In this document: piece after piece, positions 24,101 to 36,610 of the stretch | How positions within the stretch are numbered: the stretch's first letter is position 1 | Layout: the number at the start of each line of letters is the position of its first letter | From: Haliotis rufescens | Lineage: Eukaryota | Direction of reading: 5' to 3' | Assembly (NCBI RefSeq): GCF_023055435.1 | Contig: NW_025963779.1 | Coordinates: forward strand, 90,458,001 to 90,522,000 | Length of the DNA: 64,000 bases | Notes under the pieces: model-generated | Databases searched by the model: none | Seen by the model: only the letters and a program-made list of their open reading frames with translations | What the model was told of the DNA's origin: nothing | Translations under genes and position numbers: made by a program

Positions 24101-27100
24101 GGTCATATCTCAAACTTTTTTACTTTTTATTTGTTGTTATGGTTATCAAATTCTAAGGAAACTTCAGTTCCAAGGTTTAATTCAACTCTAAAATCCATTT
24201 AAAATGATACCCTGAAAACTATCGATATTTATCGCAATAATTGCTTGCAATATCAATAGTTATTGCAATAGTGATTTCCAGACCAATGGACACCCCTACT
24301 TTCAACACTGATGGGCTGATGTCCACCTGATCTGACCAATTGAAGGGATCTGGACAGAGTCGTATCAACTGACAGCAAACATCTGATCTGGGTGCAGACA
24401 TTTCAACTAATTCAATTCGTACAGTCATCCTGAAGTTGCCACAGAAGCAACCTACCTGATCTGCTCATTGGGCGACGCGAAAGTGAACTTGGAGAGTGGT
24501 TCTGTGATGTTGAGAAGATGGAATGCTCGACAGTCGGTAGCATTGTGCCACCATCGGTGTGAGAACCAGTAGTTAACAGCGACATTGCGATTCATGTCCC
24601 CTCCGCACGAGTTGATCTGATGGTACCACCTGCAATACAACCAACTCAGTGATGCCACACAGCAGCTGCAGAAATGAGAAGTTGTTAAACAATGACTCCC
24701 TACAACAGGTATAAAAAAGAATGGTCCCTACACTTGATTATCTCCCTTTGATTAAGGTTTGAATGATCAATGTTATTAACTGAAATTCCGAAATATACAA
24801 CAGTCAGAATATCTGAGTGGGGCTATGGTCTTGTGAGGCAGAGAGATGCAGTCTTACTTGTAAGGTATATAGATGCAGTCTCCGGCCTCGAGGTGAGCGC
24901 GATGCCAGGGTACAGCCTTCAGTCTGGGGTACTGCTTCAAGTTGACACTATCAACGTCCACCGTGCTGTATGTCCCTTCCTGCACAAACCCATGCGCCTC
25001 CACATCAGATTGGTAGGCCTGTTGCAAAAGAAGTAAATTGTTGCTTTTACAAACTCGACACACAGGGAGTAAAGCTGATTTTTAGGATGGTGTTAAAAAA
25101 CACAATCAGAAATCCTCCACTGACACTGTGGTTAACAATGAACACTGGCTTGGACATACCCGTGTTTGAAAGCAGAGTCCAACTAAGGAACGGGTTGTTT
25201 ATTACTGGGAGAGAGAGGGGGATTGGCTTGGGACGCCCCAACCACCACCACAACCCAACCTGTATTATGCAACATTTTATCACACACAACACACAACCAA
25301 TGCATGCAACATTTTTTCATGACCCTATCATAAATTACCAGTCTCTAAATAATATTCAAATTATGAAAAAAATATTTGAAAAAAAAATAGAATTGTGTCA
25401 TACTGTCATGTCCCCTCCAAATAGTTGGGATAAATTTTGGTGACCTCAACCCTCCAATGTTTTGTTTCATTTTTTCCATTTGTTTCACCCTGGTTACCTG
25501 TTCACCCAGTACCTTCCCCACCCTGATCACCCAGTACCTACCCCACCCTGATCACCCAGTACCTACCCCATCCTGGTCACCCTGTACCTACCCCATCCTG
25601 ATCACCCAGTACCTTCCCCATCCTGATCACCCAGTACCTTCCCCATCCTGGTCACCCTGTACCTACCCCATCCTGGTCAACCAGTACCTACCCCACCCTG
25701 ATCACCCTGTACCTACCCCACCCTGGTCACCCAGTACCTACCCCACCCTGTTAACCCAGTACCTTCCCCACCTTGATCACCCAGTACCTTCCCCACCCTG
25801 ATCACCAAGCACCTTCCCCACCCTGATCACCCAGTACCCTGCCCACCCTGATCACCCTGTACGTACCCCCACCCTGGTCACCCAGTACCTACCCCCACCC
25901 TGGTCACCCAGTACCTACCCCACCCTGTTAACCCAGTACCTACCCCACCCCGTTCACCAAGTACCTACCCCACCCTGGTCACCCAGTACCTACCCCACCC
26001 TGATCACCCAGTACCTACCCCACCCTGATCACCAAGCACCTACCCCACCCTGGTCATCAAGTACTCACCCTGGTCACCCAGTACCTACCCCCAACCTGGT
26101 CACCCAGTACCTACCCCACCCTGTTAACCCAGTACCTACCCCACCCCGTTCACCAAGTACCTACCCCACCCTGGTCACCCAGTACCTACCCCACCCTGAT
26201 CACCCAGTACCTACCCCACCCTGGTCACCCAGTACCTACCCCACCCTGTTAACCCAGTACCTACCCCACCCCGTTCACCAAGTACCTACCCCACCCTGGT
26301 CACCCAGTACCTACCCCACCCTGATCACCCAGTACCTACCCCACCCTGATCACCCAGTACCTACCCCACCCTGGTCACCCAGTACCTACCCCACCCCGTT
26401 CACCAAGTACCTACCCCACCCTGGTCATCAAGTACTCACCCTGGTCACCCAGTACCTACCCCGCCCTGGTCACCCAGTACCTACCCCACCCTGATCCCTC
26501 AGTACCTACCCCACCCAGATCACCCAGTACCTACCCCATCCTGGTCACCCAGTACCCATCCCACCCTGTTAACCCAGTACCTACCCCACCCCGTTCACCA
26601 AGCACCTACCCCACCCCGTTCACCCAGTACCTTCCCCACCCTGATCACCCAGTACCTTCCCCACCCTGATCACCCAGTACCTACCCCGCCCTGGTCACCC
26701 AGTACCTACCCCATCCTGGTCACCCTGTACCTACCCCACCCTGATCACCCAGTACCTACCCAACCCTGATCACCCAGTACCTACCCCATCCTGGTCACCC
26801 AGTACCCATCCCATCCTGTTAACCCAGTACCTATCCCACCCTGGCCACCCAGCACCTACCCCACCGTGGTCACCCGGTACCTAGCCCACCCTGATCACCC
26901 AGTAACCACTCCACCCAGCCATTCTAAGTTCTGCTCAGAGAGAAGATTCATGTGATCCTGCCTTGGTCAGAGTCATGGCCTATGTAAACAACCACATCCA
27001 GACAATACCAAGTCACAACATTCTACATCATCACTGCAGAACACATGCCTCCTCCGTACACCACTACCCCGGTGCACCACACACCTTATCAATGAGGATG

Positions 27101-30100
27101 ACATCCTTGGTTCCGCTGAGCACACACAGCAGATTGTCCAGCTTGTCACTGTGCAGCACGGACTTGGTACCCCCGCTGCTCATCCACAGAACGGCATCAT
27201 GCAGCAAATGCTGGGTTCCCCCACACTGGAGAGTGATGGGAAGGTGGACATCGTCTGTAACCATGGTAACAAAAGCATACAAAAGCTGCAAACCATCCAT
27301 CATTTCTGTAAGGGACATACCTAAGCTGATGTCTTATTGTTTCAAAGATTTCCAGCTACTATTTTAAGCTGCATCACTTAATAAACAGGGGGTATGAGTA
27401 GTTTGCCCGTCACACATCATGATATTCTTGTGGAGAGGTTCTTTTATTAGTATCACTGTTGCAGTTTAAGTCTTGTCGGTTATGAATTGATTTTAACAGT
27501 TGATAGATAGATTCAAGGTTCAATCACAAAAAAACATACTCATATAAATATACTTTTTCTGCAAAGTTTGATCTCAATAATTCACTTATTTTTTAAATAA
27601 CCCCACCGTCTCATTCTGCTCAATAAGCATAACTGAAAAAATATGGCTGACAGGTATCAGATAATGAAAACAACTGTTTGTGTAACAAAACGGTGTCGGC
27701 ACTCCAGAGCGACATTTCAGTTTTTAGACTGAACGCGAGAGCGACATGCGGTAATGCTTTGATGTTTTAATCTATTTACGTGAAGGATAAGTATGTTTAA
27801 ACATAGGATTAGTATGTTCACCATGACCACATCTCAGTAATTAATTATGATTTAGTAATCATACTAATCATAGTAGTATGTTCAATCAGTGTCAATCTTA
27901 ATTAATTAAGTGATCGTTATTACGGTGATTTTGATCAATTGATTTAGCGATATTCAGATAACAGATATAAATAAAGAAGAAGTTGAATGTGAAGTTACTT
28001 GCAAAATGGCAAACGCTCAAGTTGACATCAAATTCCCCATCCCCTCATGGAGGTAGGATTCTTCGATTTCAAAGGTTTATGTTCTGATGCAATAAGAGAG
28101 ACACATGGCAGTCTTGGCAGTGTCTTGAAAAGACATGTCCTGTACGTGTTTCGACTAAAGATGACCAAGTCACCAATATTAACCGGGAACACAACCCTGA
28201 CCCCAAACCTGTATTTTTTTCCTATTCCTAATTCCTATTTATAAATTCAAAGTTATAGTATAATAATAGTCCATTAAATACCTATATTCTTAGTATGAGA
28301 GTATTATTTTGTTTTCTTTCTTAAGACAATTTATTAAGACAATTTATGTATTATTTCAGGTGAAAGAGACAATCGAGAAGGTAAATAAATGTCAAAAGAG
28401 ACCACAACATCCTTGCCAAGGCCCATCCCCAATTGTTTCAGTTTCTTGCCTTCCTAAAGAAGGAGCAGCTCAACAATGAGTGTTGATGGTGCAGCATGAA
28501 GCTGGAGGAAAGCGACCCACAAAGAGGAGGAGATATACCAACATCCACAACCGACTTCAGACTCTTAGAGCGATGGATGGTGCCATATCCAGAATGGAGT
28601 ATGCCGACCATTGCAGTGAATTGCTTCACTTGGAGTAATGTAAAATGACATATTGTTGATGGTTGTTTTGTGAGTAAAATGAGTGTGGACAAAACATTTT
28701 ACTATCTTATTTTATTATTAAAAGAAGAAAGATATCTTATTTTTGTGTCATATTTGATGGTGATGTGAAATATGATATGGATTACTGTGTTGTTTTAAAA
28801 CCCTTAATGTGTTTTCATTTGGATTAGGCATGGGGGCTTAAAGGCATTGTGCACTAAATCCGACCTTAACTGGTTTGTTAGCAAATCTAACGCGAGAGCG
28901 ACATACAAGTTGAGTCAAATTAAGCTATTTTCATCCCAATGTCACTCTGGTGTGCATAAACCAACAAAACATGAAAACTGCTAAATAAATTAGGACAATG
29001 TCCAGGGCTGCAACTCGGCACTAGCCTGAGTTAGTTTTTCAAATTTAGTAGAATGTCAGGCTATTTCGGGGTGTCCTTATACATTATCACTATTCAGCTT
29101 TCAAAATGTTTCAGTTCAGTTGCATCCCAGATTTGTAAGTACAAATTTGTGCTAGTCTGCTGTCCTGAGACAACTAAATTGTGCAGAAGACAATAACAAA
29201 TCCAATGATAGTAGTCCTCATTGACTTATAGCACTTGAGGCCTAGATTGTGAACCAGTTCTCAATGTCTTAATATTGCTGCAAATTGGAACTGAATAAAA
29301 TGGACGAAAATGTAAACACAGTAAACATTTCTCTCTCATTCAAGTAGGACTAGCTACAAACACGGAGGACAACAGAGGACAACAGACCTAAGGTTTCCAC
29401 TAGTCCTCTAGACTGGGCTCTTCTTCCCACAGCAAGGGTGTTAACTGACTATAAAACTTTCCAACTTTGCCAAACAAGGCTGGAATTTCCAGGCACGATC
29501 GTAGCGCCACCAGTGGCTATTATGAGTCATGTCTTTTCTATGTTCCTCCTACTGACCAATCATATTTCATCTCTCATATCATTTGCATTTGCTTCAAACA
29601 AAATGACGGTACCCAGTCAAGACCATCTGATTGATAATCAAGATCTATATTGTTATAAAATGGGTCTACCCCACGAAGTGCATTAAATCACTTGAGCACC
29701 TTGATTAAAAACATGAAAAGAATCGCAAAAAAGCCCATTTGACAGTACACATGCGTTGCAAATCCTGCAGTCAACAAACATCTGCAATTGAAATCCATGT
29801 TTTTTATGAACCAGGTATCTAGTTTGTTACTCGATTTTGATTTGACTATGCATACACATGTTAGTCCAGCCAAAATGTAACTCCGGAATTCCAGCCTAGT
29901 TCAGCAAGCATCGAAACTGGACATTTATAGTCAGTTAATGCCCTTACCTCAGGAAGATGGACTAGCTTTTGGTTTGGTTTCGGGCAGCACTCAGCAATAT
30001 TCTAGCTAAATGATGGTTGTCTGTAAATAATCAAGTCTGGACCACACAATCCAGTGATTAATATCATGAGCATCGATCCACGCAATTGGGATTGATGACA

Positions 30101-31702
30101 TGAATCAACCAAATCAGCGAACCTGACAACCCAATCCAGTAAGTCACCGCTTACGACAAGCATAGTCGCCTTTTAAGGCAAGCATGGGTTGCTGAAGACC
30201 TATTCCAGACTTAAAACAGACAAATTCTAAGGCTGGGAGGACCTTTCATGCTGCTGGGAAGTGACTGAACCATGTAGACATTTTTCTTCTGATAGAGGTC
30301 AAGGAACTCATGGAGGGTCATTGTAGATGGGCGCAGATTCCTCTTTTCCTTTTTAGACTGTTCCACTGACACCACCTCACTCCCGTATTCCTCCCTGAAA
30401 CATGTACAGACACGGATATGGTAAAACATGCATGTAAACCACTCCCAGTGTTTGATGAGGTTTGCCATAATTAAATCTAGGGATCACCTTCACATTTTTA
30501 TCATTGGGATTATAGGGACCCCTTGACTTAATTCCAAACACTGAACACCCATGTTTGCTTACCATGATATGGACAAGCGTGGATGTCAACATATCACTGC
30601 ACTCCCACACTCCTAGTACATGTAGTATGATGTAGCAACATTTAGAGATAAAGTTTCAATCTAAAATGAACTTTCATCATGTTAATTCATTCTACCAGAG
30701 ATTTATCAAGACCTGTTCAGATGCCAACATTTTGCCCTACATCTGCAGCAAAAGTCAGAAAACATTCCCAAATTAAAATTTATATTTTCCAATTCATGGT
30801 TAACATGTCAGTTCAATCTATCAACCATGACAGTGTCATTGACAGCTATTATGACAGTGCTGGTTGTCACCTTGACCCATAAGCAGATAAGCTGCATGGA
30901 CTCCATATAATACTCAGTCAATGCTATCTCACCATGATCGAGGTAAGCAGTTGTAATATTGCGGAGTGCAGCGTACAACAACAAATCAACTTCGGAAAGT
31001 TTTCCTTTTCATGAAAACTGATACACTTTTCAATTTTTGAATTTTTTAATCGTAGTGTACATTAAGAGTCTTCAGTGTTCATTTCCCATGTGATTGGCCT
31101 GTTTACTTTTACAAAAGTACGTTCTGCATAGGCTTCATAACAATAAACATATAAGCAAAATTCAGGCATAAAATATATATAATTTCTAAGGTGCCTCATA
31201 TAACAAATTTTGAACCCCACTATAATTGCAATAATAAGTTAATGTAACGTTAAGGTCATTGCGATAAATTTTGCAAAACATGCTACATTAATAACATTGC
31301 CACAACACGTAGATCTGCACTAAATTACCAGTGTTTACTGATCTCTAAGGGCCAAATTGTTCGCCAAGGAAGAATTGTGACATTGACAGAATTAAATGAT
31401 ATTCCCCATCATAACGCCAAATTATCTAAGCCCTATTCACTTAGTTTTTCAACCTTTTCTTACCTAAGAAAATCATCTGTCCATTTTTCAAATGCTGGGA
31501 AAGGAGTGTCCAGGAGGGGTGACTTCATTAACAGTGGTTGACTTTCCTTCACAAAATTTTCATAAAACACACCTGGTGAAGAGAATTTGCCTATGAATGT
31601 CACGCCAAGAGGAGGTGCATGAGAGCCTAAAGGCTGCTGGTGACCTTTGAGGGTCTCTCCTGCAGCAAACTTCAGTATAAAAACAAAGTAGAGGGGACAC
31701 AT
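17735..31702 (-). CDS. JmjC (Cupin_8-like) 2OG/Fe(II) oxygenase gene C, ~470 aa: signal-like N-terminus, JmjC, charged tail, C-terminal HDEF
   Basis: Exons 31702-31464, 30394-30243, 27254-27085, 25018-24858, 24629-24456, 22031-21938, 18157-17735; GT-AG, same intron phases as gene B, 1413 nt. Motifs TKSVLHSDKLDNLLCVLSGTKD, GDCIYIPYKWYHQINS, RHDEF*. Start codon is less certain because an upstream exon is possible. Confidence 0.86.
18291..18605 (-). mobile_element. tRNA-derived SINE, family S3, next to a (GAGT)n microsatellite at 18168-18246
   Basis: Head GACCGCCTCCGTGGTCTAGTGGTAGAGCG...GGTTTGATCCC on the minus strand; second copy at 57685-57985 (-). Confidence 0.8.
18890..20038 (-). mobile_element. 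Non-autonomous Helentron-like element (HINE/DINE-1 type) with 6.3 central 156-bp repeats
   Basis: Minus strand: TTATCCCCCGC...GCGGGGGATA inverted pair, GTCC/GTAC microsatellite, 156-bp array, GCGGAGGATA subterminal repeat, GTCAC-TCT-GTGAC hairpin, T-rich end. Confidence 0.75.
21718..21889 (-). mobile_element. SINE S1 with 13-bp TSD CCAAAGAACCTGT
   Basis: TSD at 21705-21717 and 21890-21902. Confidence 0.9.
21938..22031 (-). CDS. Gene C exon 6
   Basis: tacag|G SHILEPFGEMDSISKADFVSVFLAEATLAGE|gtaagt; phase 2 to 0. Confidence 0.8.
22027..22200. repeat. 65-bp tandem triplication of the gene C exon 6 splice acceptor
   Basis: GGCTCCTGTACACCACAAACAAATCAGGAAGTGTTAGTTGGGTA at 22027, 22092, 22157. 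Confidence 0.95.
22290..23560. repeat. 39-bp minisatellite (GTGTATAGCCTGATGTGTGGGTGAGTGAGTTATTTGTTT), about 30 copies
   Basis: Unit visible directly; degenerate at the left edge. Confidence 0.95.
23838..24298. mobile_element. hAT-type MITE
   Basis: Degenerate TIR TCGGTGTGTC / GACACCCCTA; 8-bp TSD CTTTCACC / CTTTCAAC; ATCG-rich subterminal repeats. Confidence 0.65.
24456..24629 (-). CDS. Gene C exon 5 (WYHQI)
   Basis: ttgcag|G WYHQINS...RNVAVNYWF...NEQI AG|gtaggt. Confidence 0.88.
24858..25018 (-). CDS. Gene C exon 4
   Basis: 161 bp; YSTVDVDSVNLKQYP...GDCIYIPY, AA|gtaaga. Confidence 0.9.
25503..26905. repeat. 25-bp C-rich minisatellite (CACCCAGTACCTACCCCACCCTGAT), about 55 copies, gene C intron 3
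   Basis: Unit visible directly. Confidence 0.95.
27085..27254 (-). CDS. Gene C exon 3 (HSD motif)
   Basis: 170 bp; LWMSSGGTKSVLHSD...ILIDK|gtgtgt. Confidence 0.9.
28403..28638 (+). pseudogene. Frameshifted C-terminal remnant of a Mutator (MULE)-like transposase
   Basis: Manual translation: KAHPQLFQFLAFLKKEQ / MVQHEAGGKRPTKRRRYTNIHNRLQTLRAMDGAISRMEYADHCS. It resembles the HP..F...LK.EQ...KY...RL tail of animal MULE transposases, recalled from memory. Inverted motifs flank it at ~27698-27718 and ~28938-28956. Confidence 0.55.
29420..29959. mobile_element. Second copy of the long-TIR Mutator-like MITE, in opposite orientation
   Basis: Termini match 16348-16810; degenerate TSD GACTGGGCT / GACTAGCT. 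Confidence 0.7.
30243..30394 (-). CDS. Gene C exon 2
   Basis: tttcag|G EEYGSEVVSVEQSKKEKR...SSMK G|gtcctc. Confidence 0.85.
31464..31702 (-). CDS. Gene C exon 1
   Basis: MCPLYFVFILKFAAG-ETLKGHQQPLGSH...WTDDFLR, AG|gtaaga. Confidence 0.8.
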
Positions 31703-32054
31703 TATCAGAATCCGAATTGTAACGTACACCACTGTTGTTTATCAGTATCTCGGTATTAACGGGTGGTTACATCAGTGTCACTATACGTAAAACGATAGAA
31801 TACTTGGTTACTGCAGTATCTGTGTGTCGTGGTATTATTCACACCATCTCATCGTGATGCATCTCCGTCAAATCGAAATCCACGGAATGATTCCTTGCAT
31901 GTTCGAACACAAATATTTGTATTGAATTAAAAAGAACTCAAAAGCATTTAGATCAGTCGATGAGTGAAGAAGCAGCCGCAGTTAGTGCTTACTGCTGCAC
32001 AAGAGAAATATATCCGCTTTCAGAAACAACTAAGAGTGCATCAAGCACTCATTC

Positions 32055-32160
32055 ATGGGGGCCGCCATTTTCAAAGTGGTGCATCATGGTATAGCGGCGT
32101 CACGTGATATGTCCCCGGTAACATCGACATGTGCAGTAACAAAGTTGATTAAAGGTGACT
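32055..32160. promoter_or_regulatory. Putative bidirectional promoter for gene C (-) and the first ZNF gene (+)
   Basis: YY1-type GCCGCCATTTT (32061-32071) and E-box GTCACGTGA (32099-32107); candidate first-exon donors at 31993 (-) and 32154 (+). Confidence 0.5.
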
Positions 32161-33746
32161 TTAGGTTTGAAATTCTGCTTGATAGAGTTTGACAACTTAT
32201 TTTGTTCAACAAATACACATTCAGTTTATATTGCAGCCCAGTTCAACGTTTTAACAGCTTACCAGCCTCTTTTTCAGACTAGGGATGTCAGCCATTTTGT
32301 ACACATAGCATTGTGTGAGTTTCACAGTGAGGGAACCTTGACAGATTGGTCAAATTTATATTTCTCAATGAGAGAGAATTTTCTTTTGCAAATTGAAGTA
32401 TGTGCAACCACAGACTTTTTCCAAGAAAAAACTCCACACTGAAGTGTAAGTAAAGCAACAAAATTGTAGGAAATATTAGTCATATTTCCTAACCAAGAAT
32501 AATCTCAGTGTGACCTGACCTTCATGGTAAATGTGATTTCTCAAGTGCTAAAGTGTAATTGTTGTCATTTTTGTTTCAACTAAGTGTTCTGTTTAACTAC
32601 ATTTAAGTGCGGCTTATACATGACACAATGTATTTGTGTCATTGTGAATGATACCAGAGAGTAACTATCGGTGTATGGTCTCTGATACATTTCCTCGAAA
32701 AGCTATTATAGTATTGCTTCATCAATTGTATTTCAGAACAGCAACATTGGGGAGAAATTAACGTGGAACGTTATAACAAATTAGTTGGCCTTAACTTAGA
32801 AAAGTCATCCCCTAATGGTCAATAAGTATTCTTTTCTGACTTGCATCTGAGGACAACTTTTCGTTTAAGAGTTCTACATTAAACATGTTTAGATGGTGTG
32901 AAGAGTTCAGCAACGAGGAAAGAGTGAACAAACAATAGCTTCAACTGTGTGTAACTGTTTATCAGTATCGATAACATCATACCCACAGTTAGCCTCTTGT
33001 CGTAAGTAAACATGTCTGTAGCATTAGGATCAAGGTCAGGAAAATGCCCTGACGAAAATATCAAATTTGTTAGATCACTCAAAATGTTTTTTTCATTTCA
33101 AGAAAAAGATAAATGTTCAATTTATTATGTAAATTCCAACTGTCAGCTAAAAACCATAGTGTCTGACTGTCAGTGAAATAACAATTTTATTTAGTATGAG
33201 ATTTGTTGATGATAGTTGTTTCAAATAAACTTGTCAAATTAACGCACATGAATATTGTATGACTGATCGAAAAATTCTTTACATTCTGTAGGAACGATCT
33301 CATGTAGTAGATCAATAGCCTTCGTCCCCAAATATCAAGTGTATTAAATCGCCAATCTATTATAATATATACCCTGGAGCACAATCGCCATCACACCTAT
33401 AATTTGTGCCCGTTCAAGTGACACAACCCTACAAATAGAAGTCCAATCAAATTGCACTCTTATTTCCATCTGAAATACAACCAGAACGTCTTGTATCATT
33501 AGGACACCTCACTCCTGTCCAAGTACTCAGTGATTCATCTTTTCCAGCTACAAATGACTGTTTCCTGATAGGTCCAGGTCATTATTTCTTTAGAAAAATG
33601 ATATTTTTAAAGTTCTTATTTTCTAAATTTAGGAGATGTTTTACGTTGCGTTCAATGCAGTAATGTACTATTAAGCACTCAAGCCTCTTCTTTTTTTATT
33701 GGTTCTGTTCATCTGTGAAAAACAAGTTTCCTCTGCAAAGCCGTAA

Positions 33747-34245
33747 CAGTGTTCCCGTTTACCAGTAGTTACCATTTTTTACTGGTAAAATTAGGCTTGG
33801 ACCGGTAATTCAGGTGACTGCCAGTACCTTATGATTCTTTGTTGTTGAACAAAACATTGGCGATATTCATATAGGTACATTTTTCGAACTTTGGTCAGCT
33901 TGTCTTTTAACATCAGGGTTTTACCTTGTTTATTTTTATTGCAAGGAAATAACATTTTGCTTTGAGGTTAAATATCCATTTGTAGTGACTTCGTCTCGAA
34001 ATATTAAAAAAAAAGGACAAAATTGTGACTGAAGTTACTGTGAATGATGTATAGATCTAATTAACTTACTTCAGAGATGATGTTTTTGCACTGAACATGA
34101 TGTTGAAAGAATTAAAACCAGGTAATTTTCATACATTTTTTTATTTGTTGAAAGTTGGGACTGGCAAAAATTAGGGTGGGACTGGTAATTATTAGAGCTG
34201 CCAGGCCACAAGAACTGGAAGTTTCAAAATCCAGCGGGAACAATG
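33747..34245. mobile_element. hAT-type MITE
   Basis: TIR CAGTGTTCCCG / CGGGAACAATG; flanking duplication GCCGTAA(C). Confidence 0.7.
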
Positions 34246-34469
34246 GCCGTAACATGTATTCTAATGCGACAGTTTAGAAACTGTAGTATTAATAAAGACA
34301 TAGTTGACATACTATAGGGATTTCCATTTCTTTTTTCAATGCAACGTTTCAGTGCAGATGCTACATCATACCTTTGGCACCAATCTCAATTACTGATACT
34401 CAGCTTAACACAATGTCCATCTGGTCTTTCTTTTGTCATGATCAATACCATATGTTTTATGCCATATTG

Positions 34470-34870
34470 AATGAGAAGATACGCTGTTTTATGCCATATT
34501 GAATGAGAAGATCTGCTGTTTTATATCATTCTGAATGAGAAGATACGCTGTTTTATATAATATTGAATGAGAAGATATGCTGTTTTGTATCATTCTGAAT
34601 GAGAAGATACGCTGTTTTATATAATATTGAATGAGAAGATATGTTGTTTTGTATCATTCTGAATGAGAAGATATGCTGTTTTATATCATATTAAATGAGA
34701 AGATGTGCTGTTTTATATCATATTGAATGAGGGTTATACGTTTTAATATCATATTGAATGAATGAGAAGATACACTGTTTTATATCATTGAATGAGAAGA
34801 TGAGCTGTTATATATCATGTAAAATAAGGGATATGCAATTTAATACCTTATTGAATGAAGACATATACTG
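34470..34870. repeat. ~32-bp AT-rich degenerate minisatellite; related sequence at ~39790-40680
   Basis: TGAATGAGAAGATATGCTGTTTTATATCATAT units. Confidence 0.8.
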
Positions 34871-35108
34871 TTCTGTGTATGTTATTATTCCTTGGTACTG
34901 GAACACTATTTGAGTAGATAAATGAGATGGCAAGGTAGCCATCTTGTAGCAGGACAGTAGTTGTTACAAGGATGACACATGGCCGGTTTCTCTGTTGTCC
35001 CTGCGTACATACGGCCAATAAACAGTGTAGATGCTATGTTTTGCTAACAGATCACGCCATGGCCTGGTTTCAGTGAGAGGGGAATCAATTCATGCTAGCT
35101 AGATTGTC

Positions 35109-35275
35109 TAATGTTACAGGTATCCTGTGGCCTAATGTTACAGGTATCATGTGGCCTAATGTTACAGGTATCATGTGGCCTAATGTTACAGGGATCCTGA
35201 GGCCTTATGTTACAGGGATCCTGAGGCCTTATGTTACAGGGATCCTGAGGCCTTATGTTACAGGGATCCTGTGGC
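35109..35275. repeat. 24-bp minisatellite, 7 copies
   Basis: ATGTTACAGGGATCCTGAGGCCTT units. Confidence 0.95.
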
Positions 35276-36610
35276 TGGGCTACTAGAAGTAAGGGCTCAT
35301 GATGAGTGTTCTTATTTGTTATCACTATTCAGACTAGTTTCAGATTAATGTCTACTGCTTTCTGTTTGTGAGTTTCACGAAAGCTGTGAACCTGCATCAC
35401 CATAAGGTTTCCTCATACATGCCGTAGTCTGGGCTCATGCGAAAATATGCATGGCCAGAGAGACAGACAAGTATGTGATGCCTGTCTGATTATGTGAGGA
35501 CTTTGTCATCCAAGCATTAGCACATTTATATGCAGTTTGTGCAAGTGCTGGTTGCTACAGTAGCGTAAGACATGCTTGATAACAGTGTTAGAACCTACAC
35601 CGAAACGTCACTCTTAAATGTAATAAAGAAGTTGTTCATCCATTAATCCTATCCTTACTTGGACCATGTTCGTTTAACAAGTGCATATATATAGACCATA
35701 CATCTACCCAGTAATTCTGGGCAATCTATGTTAATCAGTAATGAATTAGATATTTGATTTTCATAACCTTGCCTAACTACCAAACACCATTTCATTGTTC
35801 CAAAGTTTCTACAGATTGCGATAAATAAAATATGAATATATGATACATCCCACCTCACATTTTTTACAAATATGGATAAAAATCAAATAATTAAATCATT
35901 GTGGCTTTGCACTATTCAAGTACATGTATTCAGTTTCCAAGGTCAACACTTCTGGTTAATTTTAACATGAAACTGCTCGTTACAACTTCCAAACTGAGTC
36001 AAATCATGGCCAGTGCAGTAGCTATGTTATGCTCAATTACTCACTACATGTATACATAATATACTCTTTGGTTGATCACAGTTTGATTACTTTTGTTGTT
36101 ATTTGAAACTTGACCTATTAATAGTTCAGATTGTGCTACGGTTAGGCAGATATCCAGTTGAACAAGCCTTATGCATAGATTTACGTTTCAGATGTTATGA
36201 CCTTGACCTTGGGAACTGTTTGTTTCCTCCATATTGATCTTGGATGGTGTGGAGTTCCCTCCCTTTGACCATGTTTACTTCTGCCTGCTTTTTTATCATG
36301 AGCAAATAGCAAGGCATTTGTTTCTGAAGATGATCACTACACTGGTCCTGTATGTATACCCTTCTGTAGATTCATCAATGTATAGGTCACTACGTATTGG
36401 GACTCTGAAGTGATTTGTGTGAGAAAATGCGAAACACAAATCCATTGATGTTTAGTGCTTACTTGAGGCGATTAGCTCAACACCAAAGTTTCCGACTGAT
36501 TTCAATATGTCCCATTTCCTGTGACAGAGATTAACCTCATCCTTGTTAATCAGAAACTGGGAGTCATGTTTCTAAGAGTCTATGATTCAGTGCAACCTTG
36601 GGGAGGGGGA

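Noticed and set aside
6938-31702. Assigning symbols JMJD7, KDM8, TYW5 or JMJD8 to the JmjC genes
   Set aside because: They share the JmjC core, but orthology cannot be established by eye and the signal peptide plus HDEL architecture differs.
31993-32068. ATGGCGGCC as the start codon of gene C
   Set aside because: Frame stops after 12 codons (MAAPMNECLMHS*); better read as a YY1 motif or uORF.
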